A program made the position numbers and the translations under genes. DNA of 64,000 nt from a virus (Duplodnaviria; Caudoviricetes): positions 1 to 64,000 of the IMG/VR virus record IMGVR_UViG_3300032303_001959. One strand, 5' to 3'. Positions 58,093 to 64,000 of the stretch are shown in pieces. Positions within the stretch are counted from its first letter, which is position 1. Each line of letters begins with the position of its first letter. The notes under the pieces were generated by a model, which searched no databases, was not told the DNA's origin, and saw only the letters and a program-made list of their open reading frames with translations.

Positions 58093-58839
58093 ATGGCTAA
58101 ACTAAAAGCAACTGCACCCGTGTCCGTCGAAGCACTCGACGCACATCCCCTACCCCAAGCAACCGAAACCTTCCACCCCGTAGCACACGGTAGCCTGCAC
58201 AACATGTTCTTGCAGGCATCCGAGGCTGCCGGACTGACTGTGGTACCGGCTAAGTTCCAGCTCGCACCCAATGGCGAAATGGCAATCGGTACCTACAACC
58301 TCATCGACTCACGCCTGGATACGACAGAGACCAAGGCGCAGATCGGTTGGTTCAATAGCTGGGACAAGTCCTGCTCAGCCCGCATGTACATGGCGGACGA
58401 GATCAAGTGGTGCACCAACGGAATGGTCTTTGCTATGCGAGTGCTAGCCCGTAAGCACACGGCCAACATCCTGGCTGACCTGCCCGGTGGCATAGCCAAA
58501 GCTATGCACGATGCAGTACCCAAGTTCCTGGGTAACCGCATGCGCATCGACACCTACAAGTCGGTGGCCTTGGAGACCAAGGACGCTGACCACTTGCTCA
58601 TGGAACACTGGCGTCAAGGTATCCTTGGTGACCGGCAGCTGAAGCGTGCTCACTCCGAGTGGGTCGAGCCTACCTACAATGCATTCAAACCACGCAGTGT
58701 CTGGTCCTTCCACAACGCCATCACCGAATCCCTGAAGTCAGCTGTCGTGTTCGATGCTCCGCATCTGACCACGCTGAGCAACGACATCCTGGATTCGTAC
58801 ACAAACTTCAGCGAACCCGTATTCGCTGGGGCCAACTGA
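58093..58839 (+). CDS. DUF932-like protein
   Basis: FNSWDKS...CTNGMV...RKHT...W..HNA.TE.LK. Confidence 0.7.
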   Translation: MAKLKATAPVSVEALDAHPLPQATETFHPVAHGSLHNMFLQASEAAGLTVVPAKFQLAPNGEMAIGTYNLIDSRLDTTETKAQIGWFNSWDKSCSARMYMADEIKWCTNGMVFAMRVLARKHTANILADLPGGIAKAMHDAVPKFLGNRMRIDTYKSVALETKDADHLLMEHWRQGILGDRQLKRAHSEWVEPTYNAFKPRSVWSFHNAITESLKSAVVFDAPHLTTLSNDILDSYTNFSEPVFAGAN

Positions 58840-58968
58840 TTGGACGGGGAGTGTCGTGTAACAGCGGCACTCCCCTCCCCCTATGGCAACCGTAAGCAAT
58901 AAACTCGGTAAGATCCTAGCCATCCTATCGGTGGTTGGTTTCATACTTCTATTACTACTGATGAAAAT

Positions 58969-61314
58969 ATGATCATAACAAACTCAAGACAGACACCGTT
59001 TCAGTCAGCACAGTTTGTAGAAAAACAATTCAGTATCCGCATCAACCCTAAACTATTCGAGGCTCTCGGTTCGTTGTACACGGACCCAATCCTAGCCATC
59101 TGCCGTGAGTACATGACCAATGCAGATGAGGCACACCAGCTTGCCGGTCACAAGCAACCCATCCGGGTTACGTTACCCACGGTACTAAAGCCTGAGCTCG
59201 TCATCGAGGACAAGGGTCCTGGCTTATCGCAAGATAAGATCTTTGAGCTGTTCACCACATACGGTGCAAGCGGCGATGAGAAAGAGACAAGCAATGCGTA
59301 CGAGGGTGGCTTCGGTCTAGGCGGTAAGTGCTGGCGGTCCTATGCCGACAGCATCATCGTTGAGTCCAAGCACGGTGGGGTCAAGACAATCTACTCGTTC
59401 TTCCTGGACGAGACGGGTATGGGTAAAGCTGCTGTCCTTGATAAGACCGCAGCTACCGGCACGGGTGTCACCATCCGTATCCCCATCAAGAAGGATGACA
59501 TCGGTACCTTCACTGCACGCGCAGTAAAGATCGGCTCGATGTTTCCTGTCCGACCTACCTTCACCAACCTAACAGACGCACAGTTCAAGGAGTCAATGGA
59601 TAACGACGCGGACTTTGCTAACCGGGCTACCATCCACAAAACAGATAAGTTCAGTTACTTCGGGGATGGCTCTGCTTCGTATGTTCGTATGGGTAGGTTG
59701 GTCTACCCCGTCACCACTCAGCATCTTCCCTCCAACTTCAGCGCGATTCTCAAGAGTCTGCTCGAAGCTGGTGTGTTGATTAACTACACAGTTGGCGAAC
59801 TGGATCTTGCGCCTAGCCGTGAGACGCTTAAGTACACCACCAAAACCGTATCGGCTTTGTTCGGTGAGCTGAAAGCTGCGGCTGACGGGATGGCTAAGGG
59901 TATTCTTAAGGAAGTCAATGACCTCCCTTCGGAGCACCAAGCCATCATCAAGATCAATGAGCTGACCCGTAAAGCATTTCGGGGCGGCAATCATTACAAT
60001 AACGACGTCGAGAAGTTTAATTGTCAGTTGGCTGATAAGCTGGACAAAAAGTGGACGTGGCAAGACAAGCCGCTTCTACATAAAACCTATGAACTAGGTA
60101 AAGCGTTCCCACCTGAACCATCGGGTTACCCGAACACAACGGTTGAATACTACAAGTCACTAGGTTTGTGCAGTCGTGTGTTTTGGTTGAGAAACTGGGG
60201 CTCTAAAAACTTACAGTTCCAAGATGAACGGGAGATCATCCCGTCCAAGCGTGCTGCCTTCGTAACGACAGGTACTCGCATGTCCTCACCCAATGCGAGG
60301 ATTAAGAAGTATCTGAACGACAACAAGGAGGTTGACCACGTTTATGTGCTGGGTCTTAGCGACGCAGCCAAAGCCAAGGTCCTAGCCAAGTACCCGGGGT
60401 TGATGAGCTTACCGTTCATCGAAGCCGATACCTTGCCGCTACCTGAAAGGGATAGCTCCGGCGACGGCAGCACAGCTGCTGGCGTTAAGAGTAAGAAGCA
60501 CTGCAAGGGCAACGTGTTTGTGTTCGATGGCAACAATTCGAATGCAGAGAAACGTTCCGACTTGTGGAGCATAACCAAAGACTACGACTTAGACGTACAA
60601 GAGATCTATGTCGTGTTGGATAACTTCCACGCCAACACCTTGAAAGGTGGGCACTTTGGTATGTGTCTCAACACCGCCAGGAAAGCACTGGCTTCAGTAG
60701 GTATGAAGTTTGCCCACATCCACGGTATCAAGACTAGCGAACTAGATAAGGTTAAAGACTCCAAGTGGTTGCATATCACTGAAGCCTTCGACTTAGCCTG
60801 CGCCAATCTTGATGCTGACGAAGCATTGAAGGCCAAGGTCTACCCGATCATGGCCTACTCGATGGTTGGCAAAGGACTTCATTGGTCCGACAGACCAAAG
60901 AACATGACGGAGAAACAACACGGCAATCTGTCTTATCTGAGAGAGATGCTTAAACGAGTGAGCTCGTTTGTTGAAGGTGCAAAAGGACTTGATGAAGTTC
61001 TGTTGGATCTTAACCGCGAGTTCAAAGCGTTGAGCGATGAACGTGCAACCTACGAATGTTGGTTGAGCATGGCATACACCCTCGACTTTAAATGGTCAAA
61101 CGTTGTGGGGTATGAGCCAGCGATCTTCGACAAGATCCGTTCCTTACTCAGAGATTACCCACTGCTGCGTTACTTCAACTACAACTCCAATAGTTTGAAC
61201 GACACGTTCAGATCTAAAGGGGTCGCAGCCTTGAATGAATACATAACTTTGAAGCAACCCCTGGTTCAGAAGAATCAGGCTCAGCTTCCCAACAAAGAAA
61301 GAGAGGTAGCATGA
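58969..61314 (+). CDS. rIIA: rIIA-like protein (GHKL ATPase N-terminus)
   Basis: LYTDPILAICREYMTNADEAH, IEDKGPGLS, GGFGLGGK, TGVTIRIP. Confidence 0.85.
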   Translation: MIITNSRQTPFQSAQFVEKQFSIRINPKLFEALGSLYTDPILAICREYMTNADEAHQLAGHKQPIRVTLPTVLKPELVIEDKGPGLSQDKIFELFTTYGASGDEKETSNAYEGGFGLGGKCWRSYADSIIVESKHGGVKTIYSFFLDETGMGKAAVLDKTAATGTGVTIRIPIKKDDIGTFTARAVKIGSMFPVRPTFTNLTDAQFKESMDNDADFANRATIHKTDKFSYFGDGSASYVRMGRLVYPVTTQHLPSNFSAILKSLLEAGVLINYTVGELDLAPSRETLKYTTKTVSALFGELKAAADGMAKGILKEVNDLPSEHQAIIKINELTRKAFRGGNHYNNDVEKFNCQLADKLDKKWTWQDKPLLHKTYELGKAFPPEPSGYPNTTVEYYKSLGLCSRVFWLRNWGSKNLQFQDEREIIPSKRAAFVTTGTRMSSPNARIKKYLNDNKEVDHVYVLGLSDAAKAKVLAKYPGLMSLPFIEADTLPLPERDSSGDGSTAAGVKSKKHCKGNVFVFDGNNSNAEKRSDLWSITKDYDLDVQEIYVVLDNFHANTLKGGHFGMCLNTARKALASVGMKFAHIHGIKTSELDKVKDSKWLHITEAFDLACANLDADEALKAKVYPIMAYSMVGKGLHWSDRPKNMTEKQHGNLSYLREMLKRVSSFVEGAKGLDEVLLDLNREFKALSDERATYECWLSMAYTLDFKWSNVVGYEPAIFDKIRSLLRDYPLLRYFNYNSNSLNDTFRSKGVAALNEYITLKQPLVQKNQAQLPNKEREVA

Positions 61315-62156
61315 ACATAATCATAACCGAAAATGACCTGACTGCGGTCATCAACAACAAGTCCTACACCCTCCGCAAGGAACACCCAAACTTCCGGTTG
61401 GTGGTGGACGGTATCAAGAACAAGCTCCCTGAGACGGAGATCGTTGACTTGATGGACGTCACCAAGAGCGTTGTTCACTACACCGACGGTAAGGTGGAAG
61501 TGCGTAACGGCGAGGTGTTCTACGACAACGAGCCAGTACAAGGCACGTTGGTAGAGCGTCTGCTCAGCTTCATGCAGGAAGGTCTCCCGCATGAACCCTA
61601 CATAAAGTTTTTAGAAAACCTTATGCAGAACCCCAGCAGTCGTAGCCGGTCTCAGTTGTACCGCTTCCTTGAGCACAAGAGTTTGCCCATCACAGATGAT
61701 GGCTGCTTCCTTGCGTACAAGGGGGTCAGGGACAACTACCTGGACTGCCACTCTGGCACGATCGACAACAACCCCGGACGGCGCATCACCATGCCCCGTT
61801 CCAGGATCTCAGATGATCCTGACCTGGGTTGTCACACTGGGTTACACGTGGGTAGCGAGGAGTATGCGACCAGCTTTGGTCAGCGTACCGTCATCGTTAA
61901 GGTTAACCCTCGTAACGTAGTGTCAGTCCCCTTGGACTGCGAGTGCCAGAAGATGCGGGTCTGTGAGTACGAGGTGACGGCGGATTACGCCGGCTCCATG
62001 CGTCAGACTTACAGCTCCAGCAATACTGGGTACGGTGACAATAGCTATTACAACGATACCGATAATGATTGCAGCGACGAGGATGAGTCCGGTGCATGCA
62101 GCACTTCCGTCCTCAACCCCAATCGTTACGAGTACAAGTTCACACATCAGGTCTAA
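61311..62156 (+). CDS. rIIB: rIIB-like protein
   Basis: LPITDDGCFLAYK...C..GLHVG...Y...VKVNPRNVVSVP.D...K.RVCEYEV. Confidence 0.88.
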   Translation: MNIIITENDLTAVINNKSYTLRKEHPNFRLVVDGIKNKLPETEIVDLMDVTKSVVHYTDGKVEVRNGEVFYDNEPVQGTLVERLLSFMQEGLPHEPYIKFLENLMQNPSSRSRSQLYRFLEHKSLPITDDGCFLAYKGVRDNYLDCHSGTIDNNPGRRITMPRSRISDDPDLGCHTGLHVGSEEYATSFGQRTVIVKVNPRNVVSVPLDCECQKMRVCEYEVTADYAGSMRQTYSSSNTGYGDNSYYNDTDNDCSDEDESGACSTSVLNPNRYEYKFTHQV

Positions 62157-62229
62157 TTACTGACTGATGATGGCCAGTAAGGGGCGGTCGCCCCTATCCG
62201 ACCGCCCCTGAAAACCATAAGGAGGACAC

Positions 62230-62430
62230 ATGAGTGGAGTTACATACGGACAGTGGCAAGCAAGGATGTCGTCTCAAGCTGCAGCTGAAAGCTCTCGTGA
62301 ATACCACGATCTTAAAGCTCAGATGCTTCGGCTAGAGAATCAAAAGCTTAAGGAAGAAATCCTTAGGCTACAGAAAGACAACAGGCAACTAGATCGAGAG
62401 GAACAACTTCGATCGGAGCGTTGGGCATGA
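62230..62430 (+). CDS. Small coiled-coil protein
   Basis: AAGGAGG RBS, 66 aa. Confidence 0.65.
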   Translation: MSGVTYGQWQARMSSQAAAESSREYHDLKAQMLRLENQKLKEEILRLQKDNRQLDREEQLRSERWA

Positions 62431-62645
62431 GCTTACTCAACAGAGCGGCAGTCAAACGTTGTGCCTTGGACATGGCCAGCTTCAAGTTCAAGGAACGCAA
62501 CAAGACCAGGTTGGAGATGGGCATCGCCCCGCTGAAAGCTGCGCCTTCACGGGTTAGTGGCGAGTTCATGGACAACTTTGAAGCAAAGGTAATCAACACA
62601 CTTAACACTATGGTCAACGACCATAAGACAGGAGCAACACTATGA
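62427..62645 (+). CDS. Small protein with possible prokaryotic histone-fold pattern
   Basis: SLLNRAAVKR...RVSGEFMDNFEAKVINTL...GATL. Confidence 0.35.
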   Translation: MSLLNRAAVKRCALDMASFKFKERNKTRLEMGIAPLKAAPSRVSGEFMDNFEAKVINTLNTMVNDHKTGATL

Positions 62646-62827
62646 CAATAAAAGAAAGAAGAATGCTCATTACGAAACATGCAAAAGACCTTCCCCAGTT
62701 GCGAGAAGCCGCAGCGGAAGTAGGAAGTTGCAGCGTCAACGAGGACTTAGGTTGGACCAAGGGTTACATTGCTGGTCTAAGCCACGGTAAATATAAAACA
62801 CAAGCGGAGCTGAAAAGAAAAGTATGA
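62642..62827 (+). CDS. Small hypothetical protein
   Basis: 61 aa, overlapping start/stop codons. Confidence 0.6.
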   Translation: MTIKERRMLITKHAKDLPQLREAAAEVGSCSVNEDLGWTKGYIAGLSHGKYKTQAELKRKV

Positions 62828-63462
62828 CATTAGCTATGGCTGAGTCCACGATCGGGGCTCTGTCCAATCCAAGCAAGATGCCCGGCTGGGGCTGGGGCAT
62901 CTCCGCACTTAACTGCAACATCGGTACCAAACTAAGAGAAGTTGTCGATAGCGTATGCGCTGAGTGCTACGCCCTACGCAATCGGTACGTCATGCAGAAT
63001 GTGGTGCAGGCTCACGCTAAGCGTCAGCTTGCATCCAACCGGCACGACTGGGCCGACATAATGGCCATGATGATCAACCTGAAATCAAAGAACAAAGGTG
63101 GCGACGCCTTCCGTTGGTTTGATTCTGGTGATCTTCAATCGGTAGAATTACTGACAAAGATCTGTCAGGTCTGCGTCAAGACACCTAAGGTAAAGCACTA
63201 CCTACCAACAAAGGAATACAAGATCGTACAGGACTATGTCCAGGGTGGCGGGGTTATCCCTGACAACCTGTGCATCAGGCTATCCGCTTACATCATTGAC
63301 GGTCCCCTACCCCAAGCCTTGGCCCAACGCCTCGGCGTACAGACAGCTGTAACCGTTACTAACAACGCTACCTGCCCAGCCAAACAGCAGAACAACAAGT
63401 GCTTGGACTGCCGCATTTGCTGGGACAAAGCCACAACCAACGTCAGCTACATCAAACATTAA
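62824..63462 (+). CDS. Gp88-like Cys-rich protein
   Basis: SKMPG...C...C..CYA, FRWFDSGDL, HYLPTKE, C..C..CW. Confidence 0.75.
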   Translation: MTLAMAESTIGALSNPSKMPGWGWGISALNCNIGTKLREVVDSVCAECYALRNRYVMQNVVQAHAKRQLASNRHDWADIMAMMINLKSKNKGGDAFRWFDSGDLQSVELLTKICQVCVKTPKVKHYLPTKEYKIVQDYVQGGGVIPDNLCIRLSAYIIDGPLPQALAQRLGVQTAVTVTNNATCPAKQQNNKCLDCRICWDKATTNVSYIKH

Positions 63463-63472
63463 GAAAGGATAC

Positions 63473-64000
63473 ATGATACAACCCATTAACCCTGTCAATG
63501 TTACCGACTACCAACGAGACGACGTTAACCTTCAAGCGTTCTGGATCTTCTGCATACTGACCGCCGGCAAGAATGCCGACACGGCAGCTAAGAAAGTATC
63601 GGAGTTACTGAACCGATTCACTACGCAGAAGCCCTTTGAATACATCAGACAGCTTGGGCCTATTGCCCTGCGCAACGCTCTGCTCTCCGCCAAAAGCGGA
63701 CAGTATGAGCGGATCTCCCAAGCCTTAATGGAATCATGCAACCTCAACCTTAGATACGCCACGACGGATGAACTAGACGATGTCTACGGTGTAGGTCCCA
63801 AGACAGCTAGGTTCTTCATCCTACATACCAGACCCTTGGTTAGGGTCGCTGTGCTCGACACCCACATCCTCAAATGGATGAAAAGTGTCGGCGTAGAAGA
63901 TGTGCCTGAGGCATCCCCAACAGACAAAGAAGTGTACGAAAAGTATGAGCGCATCTGGCTCACGCTTTACCCGTCACACTTCCCCAACTGCACGCCAGCT
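63473..64000 (+). CDS. HhH-GPD DNA glycosylase/lyase-like protein (Ogg-like), truncated by the window end
   Basis: Manual translation: FCILTAG...GVGPKTARFF (HhH)...AVLDTHILKWM. Not in the ORF track. Confidence 0.75.
   Translation, partial: MIQPINPVNVTDYQRDDVNLQAFWIFCILTAGKNADTAAKKVSELLNRFTTQKPFEYIRQLGPIALRNALLSAKSGQYERISQALMESCNLNLRYATTDELDDVYGVGPKTARFFILHTRPLVRVAVLDTHILKWMKSVGVEDVPEASPTDKEVYEKYERIWLTLYPSHFPNCTPA

Noticed and set aside
1-64000. Stop-codon reassignment
   Set aside because: Genes tile densely under the standard code, with all three stop codons used.

Overview
This is a 64-kb slice of a temperate, podovirus-like dsDNA phage genome; no host chromosomal genes are visible. 1-32.3 kb (minus strand) is the morphogenesis arm: a >2,200-aa internal virion protein running off the window start (missed by the ORF track), ejection proteins, tail fibres, adaptor, nozzle, lysis genes, major capsid, scaffold, portal and large terminase. 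32.4-44 kb (plus) holds an attP-like 5' half of tRNA-Ser(GCT), a tyrosine integrase, small regulators, helicase, Cas4-like nuclease, SSB-like protein, family-A DNA polymerase, primase and a 2OG-Fe(II) oxygenase. 44.9-51 kb (plus) is an AT-rich duplicated cassette that looks like a head-spike base plus two alternative head fibres, each followed by a sulfotransferase-like gene, then small basic proteins. 51-53.5 kb contains a GTTACC iteron-like array, a G-quadruplex-type tract and a highly structured candidate ncRNA. 53.5-64 kb holds the small terminase and early genes (DUF932-like, rIIA/rIIB, a possible histone-fold protein, Gp88-like, HhH glycosylase). A 22-bp pseudo-palindrome (TAYTGAC-N8-GNCAGYA consensus) recurs at about 13 gene boundaries. 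The integrase style and adhesin domains weakly suggest a Verrucomicrobia-type host (inference only). All family assignments are by-eye motif recognition, not database results.
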